DNA from: an uncultured Bacteroidota bacterium
Lineage (GTDB): Bacteria; Bacteroidota; Bacteroidia; 2-12-FULL-35-15
Reading direction: 5' to 3'
Assembly (NCBI GenBank): GCA_903889605.1
Contig: CAISYK010000953.1
Location: forward strand, 1-29,840
Length of the DNA: 29,840 nt
The translations under genes were made by a program, and so were the position numbers. Shown here piece by piece: positions 17,801 through 25,328 of this stretch. The notes beneath the pieces are model-generated. The model did not search any database. It was not told the origin of the DNA and saw only the letters and a program-made list of their open reading frames with translations. The stretch's first letter is position 1; each line of letters begins with the position of its first letter.

Positions 17801-18167
17801 TTGCAAAATCTGAATAGTTGTGCAGCACCTCTGTAAGCACATTATCTGCACGTTTCCGAATGGCATCATCATCTAATTGTTTATGAGCATTAAGTTTTTT
17901 ATGTTTTTTTAATTCTGACAGCAATGTTTTTGTGCCGCCCGAAATTTTTGAGTAATCTACAGTTGAAAGTTCTTTTAAAGCCTTTATGATCCGGTCTTTC
18001 ATTTCAGCAGCAGCCTTATTGGTAAAGGTAACAGCTAAAATATGACGGTAGGCTTTTGGAGGAATTGATTCATCGTTCAACGCCAATGCCAGATATTCTT
18101 TCACTAATGTGAAAGTTTTGCCTGATCCGGCTGATGATTTATATATTGTAAAGTTTTTATCTGTCAT
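14853..18167 (-). CDS. addA: UvrD-like SF1A helicase fused to a RecB-family nuclease (AddA-type helicase/nuclease subunit)
   Basis: Walker A SAGSGKT, LAVTFTNKAA.EMK.RI, TIDSF, Walker B LIDEFQDTS, VGDGKQAIYRWRG, NYRS, TIHRAKGLEFP, LYVALTR; C-terminal E...RLDR...IIDYKTG...Q...Y nuclease motifs. Confidence 0.85.
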   Translation of the reverse strand: MTDKNFTIYKSSAGSGKTFTLVKEYLALALNDESIPPKAYRHILAVTFTNKAAAEMKDRIIKALKELSTVDYSKISGGTKTLLSELKKHKKLNAHKQLDDDAIRKRADNVLTEVLHNYSDFAIGTIDSFVHKIVRTFAFDLKIPMSFELEMDDDKLLTQAIDLLIAQIGTDETLTKALVEFTESKTDDEKSWHIENDLKYFAKNLLNEEGAVHIEKLRHLSIDDFFKIKDTIQAEIKKFEAFINRCGKDALKIISDSGIEHDKFAGGANGIGKYFTYLTESRFDKLMPSNTIQKNIDADKWYAGKADTADKNGIDAVKQALVDLFNEALNYIKINLQEAALFRLINTTIYSLAVLNEIEKLLNEYKAQNNILHISEFNKLIAKIVLNEPIPFIYERLGERYNNYLIDEFQDTSVLQFQNLLPLIDNSLASGHFTMLVGDGKQAIYRWRGGEVEQFAMLPEVFAHNNNPLVLEREQALKRNHNPQMLDKNYRSKREIIEFNNSIFRTLSNKLNDKFKSIYDKLEQGFNPENIGGYVQVEFLDSEKEDMRDQNLERTYSIIQDLLQHNFQLRDVAVLVRKNSDGSDIANYLSNKGIEVISSDSLLLSNSAEVNFIYSLLRYLNNTSDQIIQAELLEYFVASKLIPPPPSDRVSNPVRVDAAKAIIDDASKPAISEVSNIAGADFNFDINQLLVENKQEFISIVKKVCPDFNTNALSKMALYELCEELVRLFKLNKTPNAYIQFYLDEVLNYSIKQNNNLNDFIDYWEDKKAKASLIVPLGMNAVTIMTIHRAKGLEFPVVILPFSNGKVEKGKKHLWVDLENSKIPQMASALVSASESLRETPYGDLYDDEKNKSLLDSLNVLYVALTRPEERLYILTGKPSKFPANLSTVSDMFAHYYQINGEWQEGETVYTFGKETEHQKHLQSSKILNFKLETFNSNQWRNNIKMRTAAPSIWNLEMADSKKDYGVMVHTALAKIKTADDVESAVNSMFSEGLVTSDEKENLLAVIKKIIKLPKLKAHFAHGLVVKNEAEIISLTGEKFRLDRVILHSKSESGLTAVIIDYKTGEEKPAHTKQILQYADLLNQMGYTVTEKLLVYIEEGKVVG
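16200..16241 (-). repeat. Degenerate palindromic REP-like element with a G9 tract, translated in-frame inside addA as PPPPSDRVSNPVRV
   Basis: The minus strand reads CCGCCCCCCCCCTCTGACAGGGTTTCAAACCCAGTTAGGGTT. CTGACAGGG and CCCAGTTAG are imperfect inverted arms around TTTCAAA. Confidence 0.6.
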
Positions 18168-18378
18168 TTCTGATTAGCTATCCTCGTATGTTGACTGACG
18201 ATCGAAATCCTGATTCTTAAGCTGGAATTGTATTGCAAAATACACATTTATTGAATAGTATTGTATATAGATTTATAGCTTGAAGGATTAATAAACAGAA
18301 AGTATAGGCCAGACAATACTATAAAAACGGGGCGAAACCGAAAAGCCAAATAAGGTGAAAATTAAAGGCAATGTATTT

Positions 18379-18867
18379 ATGAAAACGAAATTTAGTACCG
18401 CAATTTTTATTGCTGCTGCATCATTTATTATGATTCAGTCCTGCAAAAAAGATAGTAAAAATGAAATTGGAAATGGAAGTGAAAACAATGAAACAAAAAT
18501 CAGTGCACAAGGCGGAGGCAGCAGCCACAATATGGGACAGAACTGCATGAGCTGTCATAAACAAGGCGGTTCAGGAGAAGGGTGGTTTAGTGCTGCCGGC
18601 ACTGTGTATGATAGTTTATTAACAAGTGCTTACCCAAATGCTGTAGTAAAACTTTATACAGGACCAGATGGAACAGGAACGTTAAAAAAGACAATTCAGG
18701 CTGACGCAAAAGGAAACTTTTTTACAACAGAAGCCATTGATTTTGGAACGGGGCTGTACCCTTCTGTCTCAGGAGGCTCGATAACAAAGTATATGTCATC
18801 AGCAATTACAGCCGGGCAGTGTAATGGTTGTCATGGCGTTTCGACAGACAAAATATGGATTAAATAA
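18379..18867 (+). CDS. Lipoprotein with two CxxCH motifs (putative di-heme c-type cytochrome)
   Basis: The ATG at 18379 gives the SPII signal MKTKFSTAIFIAAASFIMIQS-C (the ORF track starts at a GTG at 18355). CMSCH is at 18544-18558 and CNGCH at 18820-18834. Confidence 0.75.
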   Translation: MKTKFSTAIFIAAASFIMIQSCKKDSKNEIGNGSENNETKISAQGGGSSHNMGQNCMSCHKQGGSGEGWFSAAGTVYDSLLTSAYPNAVVKLYTGPDGTGTLKKTIQADAKGNFFTTEAIDFGTGLYPSVSGGSITKYMSSAITAGQCNGCHGVSTDKIWIK

Positions 18868-18951
18868 AAAAGCTGAAAAATTGACTTATCTAATATTGCT
18901 GAGATGATTTATTATTTAGTACCTTCATAAGTTCTAAAGATAATCAAGGCT

Positions 18952-20634
18952 ATGAAAACAAACTCGTTTTTTCTAGTTATGGTGCTGGTTTTTACCTGCC
19001 GTTTTATATTTGCCCAGGAAAGTAATATTGTTTCGGGCAATATTTTGGTAATGGTCAATTCAGATGCTTCAGCGCAAAAGCTTTCTAGTGAACTGAAGGT
19101 TGTTAACGGAATTAAAACTGATTTTAAGATAGAGCGTGTCCTTTCAAAATCTATGCATATTTATTTGTTTGATTTTAATTCCGCCATTATTGATAATAAT
19201 GCAATGCTGAAGGCTGTAAAGCGAAACAATTCCGCAGTAATTGCACAATTCAATCACACTTTTACAGAACGTATTATCCCCAACGATCCCCAATTCGGAG
19301 CCATGTGGGACATGGAAAATACAGGGCAGAATGCCGGTACGCCTTTAGCTGATATTCATGCTGCAGAAGCCTGGGATATTACTACCGGCGGATTAACTTC
19401 TCAAGGCGATACAATTGTGGTTGCCGTTATTGACGGCGGGTTTGATCTAAGCCAGCAGGATTTGAATTTCTGGAAAAATTACAATGAGATACCAAACAAC
19501 GGCATTGATGATGATAATAATGGTTATATAGATGATTTTGATGGATGGAACGGCGCATCGGCCACGGATAATTTTTCGGCTGCAAGTCATGGAACTCATG
19601 TTTCAGGAACAGTAGGTGCCAGGGGAAATAACGGTATAGGTGTGACGGGTGTAAATTGGAATGTGAAAGTAATGGCCATTTCGTACGGTTCTTCCGGCGG
19701 CGGCTTTGAAGCAAATGTTGTAGCGTCTTATGCTTTTGCTATGGATCAGCGGAGAGAGTACAATCAAACAAACGGTGCAAAAGGAGCGTTTGTGGTTTCA
19801 TCCAACTCTTCTTTCGGTGTTAACAATGGTCAGCCATCGGCATATCCTCTGTGGTGCGCAATGTATGATTCATTGGGTTCTGTTGGTATTTTAAGTGCCG
19901 GCGCTACTGCTAATGCAAACTATGATATAGACGTACAAGGCGATATTCCAACAGCCTGTTCAAGCGACTGGCTTATTACAGTTACAAATACCACCAATAC
20001 TGATTCGAAAAACAGCAGCTGCGGGTACGGCGCAGCAACGATTGATTTGGGTGCCCCCGGAACAAATATCACCTCCACTTATCCATCAAATTCATATGCA
20101 TCCATTTCAGGAACATCTATGGCTTCGCCGCACGTAGCAGGCGCAATTGCTTTAATGTATTCTGTTGCCTGCCCTCAGTTTATTGCTGATTACAAAGCAG
20201 ATCCGGCAGGCATTGCTTTAATGGTCAAGGATTCGCTGTTGGGCGCGGTTGATTTGATTCCTTCTATGAGCGGCGGAATCACAGTAACAGGAGGAAGATT
20301 AGACTTATTTAAAGCTGTAAAATCAATTCAAAATTATTGTTCTGTCGTTTCTGTTAATGATATAGGCCAATTTAACAATCCACTTGAAATTTCTAAGGTT
20401 TATCCTAATCCTGCAAGTAATTTGTTAAATATAGTATACAGCAGCAATCAGGACGCTGTTATCAGCATTGTTAATGTATTAGGCCGGGAAGTGAAACGCA
20501 TTAAAGCTGACAGCAATTGCAAAGGTTTACAGCACAGCAGTATTGATATTAACTCTATTGATAAAGGAATTTATTTTGTAAGTATCAGTTCACCAGATAA
20601 AAAATCAAAAGTAGTGAAAGTGGTGATTAATTAA
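18952..20634 (+). CDS. S8 subtilisin-like serine peptidase with T9SS type A CTD
   Basis: Catalytic triad VAVID161GG, SH213GTHVSG, SGTS389MASPHVAG; DDDNNGYIDD Ca-binding-type loop; signal peptide; VYPNPAS...VLGRE...GIYFV...KVVIN CTD. Confidence 0.92.
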   Translation: MKTNSFFLVMVLVFTCRFIFAQESNIVSGNILVMVNSDASAQKLSSELKVVNGIKTDFKIERVLSKSMHIYLFDFNSAIIDNNAMLKAVKRNNSAVIAQFNHTFTERIIPNDPQFGAMWDMENTGQNAGTPLADIHAAEAWDITTGGLTSQGDTIVVAVIDGGFDLSQQDLNFWKNYNEIPNNGIDDDNNGYIDDFDGWNGASATDNFSAASHGTHVSGTVGARGNNGIGVTGVNWNVKVMAISYGSSGGGFEANVVASYAFAMDQRREYNQTNGAKGAFVVSSNSSFGVNNGQPSAYPLWCAMYDSLGSVGILSAGATANANYDIDVQGDIPTACSSDWLITVTNTTNTDSKNSSCGYGAATIDLGAPGTNITSTYPSNSYASISGTSMASPHVAGAIALMYSVACPQFIADYKADPAGIALMVKDSLLGAVDLIPSMSGGITVTGGRLDLFKAVKSIQNYCSVVSVNDIGQFNNPLEISKVYPNPASNLLNIVYSSNQDAVISIVNVLGREVKRIKADSNCKGLQHSSIDINSIDKGIYFVSISSPDKKSKVVKVVIN

Positions 20635-20640
20635 TTTTTA

Positions 20641-20670
20641 GCCCGCCTTAAAGCCTCCCCCAAAGGATTC
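20641..20670. repeat. Possible degenerate C-rich REP-like remnant just after the S8 gene
   Basis: GCCCGCCTTAAAGCCTCCCCCAAAGGATTC resembles the C-rich stretch at 28855-28880. It has no strong stem. Confidence 0.25.
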
Positions 20671-20736
20671 TCTTTAATTTCATATTCATTCTGCCTTTTC
20701 ACAAAGACTGCTGTTTTTTTGTTCAAAAAATTGTTG

Positions 20737-20745
20737 TAATTTTGC
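20737..20745 (+). promoter_or_regulatory. Bacteroidota sigma70 -7 box TAATTTTGC for the GEVED protein gene
   Basis: Exact TAnnTTTG, about 42 nt before the ATG at 20787. A TTTG lies at 20718-20721, but the 15-nt spacer is shorter than canonical. Confidence 0.5.
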
Positions 20746-20786
20746 ACCCGATAAAAATAAAACACAAAACTAAAAAAGCAATAAAA

Positions 20787-23700
20787 ATGAAAAAAGCTGT
20801 ACTTACTTTATTTTCAATTTCTGCCTTGTTTAATTTTTCGAGCGCACAGGTTAGTTCATACTCTTTTGCATCAAGCACGGGAACATACGCTGCAATTACC
20901 GGCGGAGCTGTTTTGGGTGATACAACCACCGATGAGAGGAACTTTTTAGACCCGTCAGTTCCTTTGGGAGTTACAACATCAACAACAACCGGTGTTGGTT
21001 TTCCAATAGGTTTTAATTTTACCTATAATGGGATAGTTTTTGATAAGTTGGCCATAAATAACAATGGATGGATAAGTTTGGGGCAAACCAGTTTAACTCC
21101 GCACGTAAATATTGATTCGTATGATTATTATTCTTTGCCGCTTTCTCAAACATCGGCAGCTATTCCAGCACTTTTACGGAATAGAATTGGTGGTCTCGCT
21201 TTGGATTTAGATTCACAATTTGGCTCTGAGCTGAGAATACAGACAATAGGAACGACACCAAATATGGTTTGTGTAATACAGTGGAAAAATTATAAACAAT
21301 ACGGAAGTTACGGAGACATATATAATTTCCAAATTCGTTTAAAAGAAACCTCAAATGTTGTTGAAGTTGTTTACGGTACTATGGTTAATAGTGCCACATC
21401 AACTGATGCTCAAGTTGGCTTGAGCGGGACTACTGATCCTGATTTTAATATTAGGGAAACATCATCTAACTGGGCTTCAACAACCACAGGAATTGCAAAT
21501 ACTGCCACATGCTTTCTTTCTTCTACAATAAAACCGGCAAGCGGACAGACCTTTTCCTGGACTCCTTCGCCAGTTTGCACTGGAACTCCAACAGCAGGAA
21601 CTATAACAGGCCCAACAGGAGCTTGCTCAGGAGTAAGCTACAATCTAATACTAACAGGTTATTCTTCCAATGTTTCAGGTCTTACTTTTCAGTGGCAGTC
21701 GTCATCAACTTTAGGCGGAACCTATGCTCCCATTGCTGGCGCTACTTCCGTAACATATACAGCAACTCAAACAGCTGCAACTTATTATAAGTGTGTTGTT
21801 ACCTGCAGCGGATCGCCTGCCACCACAGCAGCTTTTTCTGTACCTATGAATACCGGAATATATTGTTATTGTACTGCTACTAATGGCGGTGGAGCTTGTA
21901 TTACTAATGTTACATTAGGCACCTTAAACCGGACATCAGCAGCGTGTGAAAATTCTCCAAGTTATTATACCTCGGTTCCTATTGGAACAGCTACAACAAC
22001 TGTTAATCAAGGAGTGTCATACCCTATGTCAGTTACCACCGGCAGTTCAGGCGCGGCCATTTTATCTGTTTGGATTGATTATAACCAAAATGGAACGTTT
22101 GAAGCCTCCGAATGGAATCAAATTGCGACAAACGCTCTTGCTTCAACTACAACGACTATTAATGTTATAATTCCCGGTTCTGCTGTATTAGGTCAAACTG
22201 GAATGAGAATTAGATCCCGCAGCACGGGCAATCCAAATGGGTCAGGTGATGCTTGTACAGCAATGGTTTCTGGTGAAACAGAAGATTACATGATAACTAT
22301 AGGCGCAGGCGCAGCATGTACCGGAACACCAACAGCAGGAACTGCGACTGGCCCGGCAAGTATCTGCAGCGGAGTAAGCTTTAACCTTTTATTAACAGGG
22401 TATACTTCAGGAGTAACTGGAATTACACTTCAGTGGCAATCCTCAGCAACATTAGGCGGAACCTATTCAGACATTGTAGGTGCCACTTCCCCGACCTATG
22501 CAGGAACACTAACTGCTTCAACTTATTATAGGTGTGAAGTTGTCTGCGGCAACGGAACACCTGTTTATTCAAATATTGTAACTGTAACTTTAACCCCCGC
22601 TTCAGGGTGCTATTGCACTCCTGTCCACAGCGTAACGTGCAGTGCAAACTACATTGATAGTGTAAGAATAGGGTCTACAACACTTGCTAATTTACATACA
22701 GGCTGCACAGGAACAGATGGTATGGCATATACTATTTATCCAGCAACAGGTAACACAACCGCATCTTTAACTGGCGGCACTGCTTATACTTTTAAAATTA
22801 CAACAACATCTAGCAACATTGTTTCTGTATGGATCGACTATAATCAAAATGGTCTGTATGAAGCATCTGAATGGACACAGGTATGCATCACATCAACTGC
22901 AAATATTGTAAATACCGCAACTATTACAATACCTGCAAATGCAACATCTGGCCTCACAGGAATGAGGATAAGAAGCCGTTCAGCAGGAAGCCCTAACGGT
23001 TCTTCTGATGCGTGTACCAGCTTTGCCAGCGGAGAAACAGAGGACTATAAAGTAACTATTGTTGCAGCACCAGCATGTACAGGAACTCCAACGGCAGGAA
23101 CAGCTTCAGCAAGTGATGATACTGTTTGCAGCGGTGTAAATTTTAATCTTGTGTTAACAGGCTATACTTCTGGAGTTTCAGGTCTTACTTTTCAATGGCA
23201 GTCATCTACTGATGGAACCACCTATACAAGCATTATTGGTGCCATGACATCTACATACCAAACATTACAAACAGCTGCAAAATATTATAAGTGTTTGGTA
23301 TCCTGCAGCGGCGGAACACCAGCTCCTTCTAATGCTGTACATGTAATAATGAATGACTTAATGAACTGTTATTGTACTTCAACTGCAACCTATGTTGCTG
23401 ACGAAGATATTTTTAATGTTACGGTCGGTACTTTAAATAATTCATCCACTTGTTTAACTACAGGAGGTGTAGGTTCTTCATTGAATAAATATTCAAATTA
23501 TAAGGCTGTTGCAGCGCCGGATCTTGAAAGAAATACTTCTGTTCCTTTTTCTGTTCAAATTGGAACTTGCGGTACCACTCCATACAGCAATGCATTCAAA
23601 ATATTTATTGATTATAACCAAAATGGTTCCTTTGCAGAAGCAGGAGAAGTTGTTTATATTTCTGACACTGCAAAAGGCGGATATACTCAAACGGGAACAT

Positions 23701-24116
23701 TTACTGTACCTGCAGCTGCAGTATTAGGACATACATTGATGAGAGTTGTGAATAAAGAAACTTCTGATGCTTCATCAATTGACTCCTGCGGAACGTTTGG
23801 TTATGGAGAAACAGAAGATTACATTGTAAATATAACAGGCCCTTCTGGAATTGAAGAAAATACTATCAGCGGGATTGCAATATATCCAAACCCTACAACC
23901 GGTATGTTTAATATAACAACCAGCAGCGCAGACTTTAAAGAACTTCAGATCAGCGTTTTTGATATGCAGGGCAAAGAGGTATTTAGTGCGGTAGATAAAA
24001 ACAATTCTACTAATTATAATAAACAAATTAATCTGGAAGGTTTGGCAAAAGGCATTTATTATATCAAGTTAAATTCCGGAACGGGTATAAAAATCCAAAA
24101 ATTAATTATGCAGTAA
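20787..24116 (+). CDS. T9SS protein: N-terminal NIDO-like domain, three (Ig-like + GEVED) dyads and a type A CTD
   Basis: The ATG at 20787 gives the signal MKKAVLTLFSISALFNFSSA-Q. There are three WIDYNQNG.FE..E / GETEDY motifs (GEVED, PF20009-like) and an IYPNPTT...FDMQGKE...GIYYI...KLIMQ CTD. Confidence 0.88.
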   Translation: MKKAVLTLFSISALFNFSSAQVSSYSFASSTGTYAAITGGAVLGDTTTDERNFLDPSVPLGVTTSTTTGVGFPIGFNFTYNGIVFDKLAINNNGWISLGQTSLTPHVNIDSYDYYSLPLSQTSAAIPALLRNRIGGLALDLDSQFGSELRIQTIGTTPNMVCVIQWKNYKQYGSYGDIYNFQIRLKETSNVVEVVYGTMVNSATSTDAQVGLSGTTDPDFNIRETSSNWASTTTGIANTATCFLSSTIKPASGQTFSWTPSPVCTGTPTAGTITGPTGACSGVSYNLILTGYSSNVSGLTFQWQSSSTLGGTYAPIAGATSVTYTATQTAATYYKCVVTCSGSPATTAAFSVPMNTGIYCYCTATNGGGACITNVTLGTLNRTSAACENSPSYYTSVPIGTATTTVNQGVSYPMSVTTGSSGAAILSVWIDYNQNGTFEASEWNQIATNALASTTTTINVIIPGSAVLGQTGMRIRSRSTGNPNGSGDACTAMVSGETEDYMITIGAGAACTGTPTAGTATGPASICSGVSFNLLLTGYTSGVTGITLQWQSSATLGGTYSDIVGATSPTYAGTLTASTYYRCEVVCGNGTPVYSNIVTVTLTPASGCYCTPVHSVTCSANYIDSVRIGSTTLANLHTGCTGTDGMAYTIYPATGNTTASLTGGTAYTFKITTTSSNIVSVWIDYNQNGLYEASEWTQVCITSTANIVNTATITIPANATSGLTGMRIRSRSAGSPNGSSDACTSFASGETEDYKVTIVAAPACTGTPTAGTASASDDTVCSGVNFNLVLTGYTSGVSGLTFQWQSSTDGTTYTSIIGAMTSTYQTLQTAAKYYKCLVSCSGGTPAPSNAVHVIMNDLMNCYCTSTATYVADEDIFNVTVGTLNNSSTCLTTGGVGSSLNKYSNYKAVAAPDLERNTSVPFSVQIGTCGTTPYSNAFKIFIDYNQNGSFAEAGEVVYISDTAKGGYTQTGTFTVPAAAVLGHTLMRVVNKETSDASSIDSCGTFGYGETEDYIVNITGPSGIEENTISGIAIYPNPTTGMFNITTSSADFKELQISVFDMQGKEVFSAVDKNNSTNYNKQINLEGLAKGIYYIKLNSGTGIKIQKLIMQ
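21567..23834 (+). repeat. Three tandem ~250-aa dyads (CTGTPTAGT...QWQSS...YY.C.V.C...CYC + GEVED)
   Basis: CTGTPTAGT begins at 21576, 22317 and 23076 (periods of 741 and 759 nt). Confidence 0.85.
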
Positions 24117-24134
24117 ACATTAGAATAAATTAAT

Positions 24135-24171
24135 AAAAAAGCCCATTCCTTTATAAGGGATGGGCTTTTTT
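24135..24171. terminator. Bidirectional intrinsic terminator
   Basis: AAAAAA-GCCCATTCCTT-TAT-AAGGGATGGGC-TTTTTT between the convergent GEVED gene and ybeY. Confidence 0.85.
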
Positions 24172-24219
24172 ATATTTAAGCCGTAAAATTCCTGAGTAAC
24201 CCTGACTTTGGTGATAGTA

Positions 24220-24648
24220 TTAGATCGTTTCAAGCACTTTCAAACAAATATCCTCCTGTTTAGTCATTTCTTCTTTTGCCTTTTTGGTTTTGTCGGTAAA
24301 TCCAAGCAAATGTAATATGCCGTGAATGATTACCCTTTGTAATTCATTTTCAAAAGATTTAGAATACTTAGCTGCGTTTTCTCTTATACGGTCAATACTA
24401 ATGAAAATGTCGCCGCTGACAGCTTGTTTTGCATCTTCATTTGAATAATCAAATGTTATGATATCTGTATAGGTGTCGTGATTGAGATATTGCTTATTTA
24501 TGTTTAATAAATAGGCATCCGAACAAAAAATAAACGTAATTTCTCCTGTTTTTCGTTTATTTTTCTCAATTATTGATTTTATCCACTGTTTAAGGACTTT
24601 TTTGTTTCTTAATTTGAACTTTACTTCTTCGGTTTGGAGGATTATCAT
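24220..24648 (-). CDS. ybeY: rRNA maturation endoribonuclease YbeY
   Basis: LNKQYLNHDTYTDIITFDY, GDIFISID, RVIIHGILHLLGFTD. Confidence 0.93.
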   Translation of the reverse strand: MIILQTEEVKFKLRNKKVLKQWIKSIIEKNKRKTGEITFIFCSDAYLLNINKQYLNHDTYTDIITFDYSNEDAKQAVSGDIFISIDRIRENAAKYSKSFENELQRVIIHGILHLLGFTDKTKKAKEEMTKQEDICLKVLETI

Positions 24649-24699
24649 ATAGTGAAAATTAAAGGTTCTTACTCGCCATTAACTAGGAAGGTTTGATTG

Positions 24700-25077
24700 T
24701 TATATTTTCTTTGACAAATTTTTTATTTCCTGGAGCTGCAGCTTTTCTTTTTTAGCAAGACCTGAAACCACAAGGTTATATGAATCGGTTATCCACTCCT
24801 GTATATTTTTTATCGAAACAGAACCGTCCAAAATAACTGTATTCCAGTGCTTTTTATTCATGTGGAACCCTGGGATTATGCAGGCATATTGCTCACGCAG
24901 TTCAATTGCTTTTTCAGGGGCGCATTTCACATTAAATTCCAAAGGACTGCCCTCTAAATCAGTAAGTAGAAAAACCTTACCCATTACCTTAAATACTAAA
25001 GTTTCAGGCCCAAAAGGCAAACTTTCCGTCACTCCTTTTTTTGAAATGCAATATTCTCTCAGCTCTTCTATGTTCAT
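24700..25077 (-). CDS. MmcQ/YjbR family DNA-binding protein
   Basis: E..PFGPETLVFKVMGKVF.L, NVKC.PE.A.ELRE.Y..I.PGFHMNKKHWNTV, I.DSYNLVV. Confidence 0.9.
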   Translation of the reverse strand: MNIEELREYCISKKGVTESLPFGPETLVFKVMGKVFLLTDLEGSPLEFNVKCAPEKAIELREQYACIIPGFHMNKKHWNTVILDGSVSIKNIQEWITDSYNLVVSGLAKKEKLQLQEIKNLSKKI

Positions 25078-25118
25078 CTTCTATATTATCTGTTTATCAA
25101 TGCTTAAGACAATCTTCA

Positions 25119-25127
25119 GCAAAAATA
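25119..25127 (-). promoter_or_regulatory. Possible -7 box TATTTTTGC for the MmcQ/YjbR-ybeY transcript
   Basis: Exact TAnnTTTG on the minus strand, about 42 nt upstream of the ATG at 25077. No clear -33 box. Confidence 0.4.
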
Positions 25128-25211
25128 TAAATTACGTTTTAATATTAAGAAATCTGTTTATTCGCATATTTACAAACTCTGTTATTCTGCGAATAATTGA
25201 ATTCAAAGATA

Positions 25212-25220
25212 TATATTTGC
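25212..25220 (+). promoter_or_regulatory. Possible -7 box TATATTTGC for hemL
   Basis: Exact TAnnTTTG, about 110 nt upstream of the hemL ATG. No clear -33 box. Confidence 0.45.
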
Positions 25221-25328
25221 AGCCGAATAATTTTGAATACTAAAATGTACATGGCATAAATTATACAATTACATAAAATATATCTCATGGCAAATTTCAT
25301 TTTAACTTAAAAACAAAACAACATACCA

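Noticed and set aside
14853-18167. addA without an adjacent addB as a novel stand-alone or defence helicase-nuclease
   Set aside because: The motifs look like ordinary Bacteroidota AddA. The partner may be elsewhere in the genome, which a 30-kb window cannot test.
18325-18372. CGGGGCGAAACCGAAAAGCC as a c-di-GMP-type riboswitch upstream of the lipoprotein
   Set aside because: There is only a 3-bp stem, and the second stem and conserved core of c-di-GMP-I are missing.
18355-18378. GTG start at 18355 given by the ORF track
   Set aside because: The ATG at 18379 gives a canonical lipoprotein signal peptide.
20742-20786. TTG start at 20742 given by the ORF track
   Set aside because: It overlaps the -7 promoter box. 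The ATG at 20787 follows an A-rich leader and gives a normal signal peptide.
24220-24648. YbeY third metal ligand is Asp (HGILHLLGFTD) rather than His
   Set aside because: As I recall, this variant is common in Bacteroidota YbeY, so it is not evidence of inactivation or novelty.
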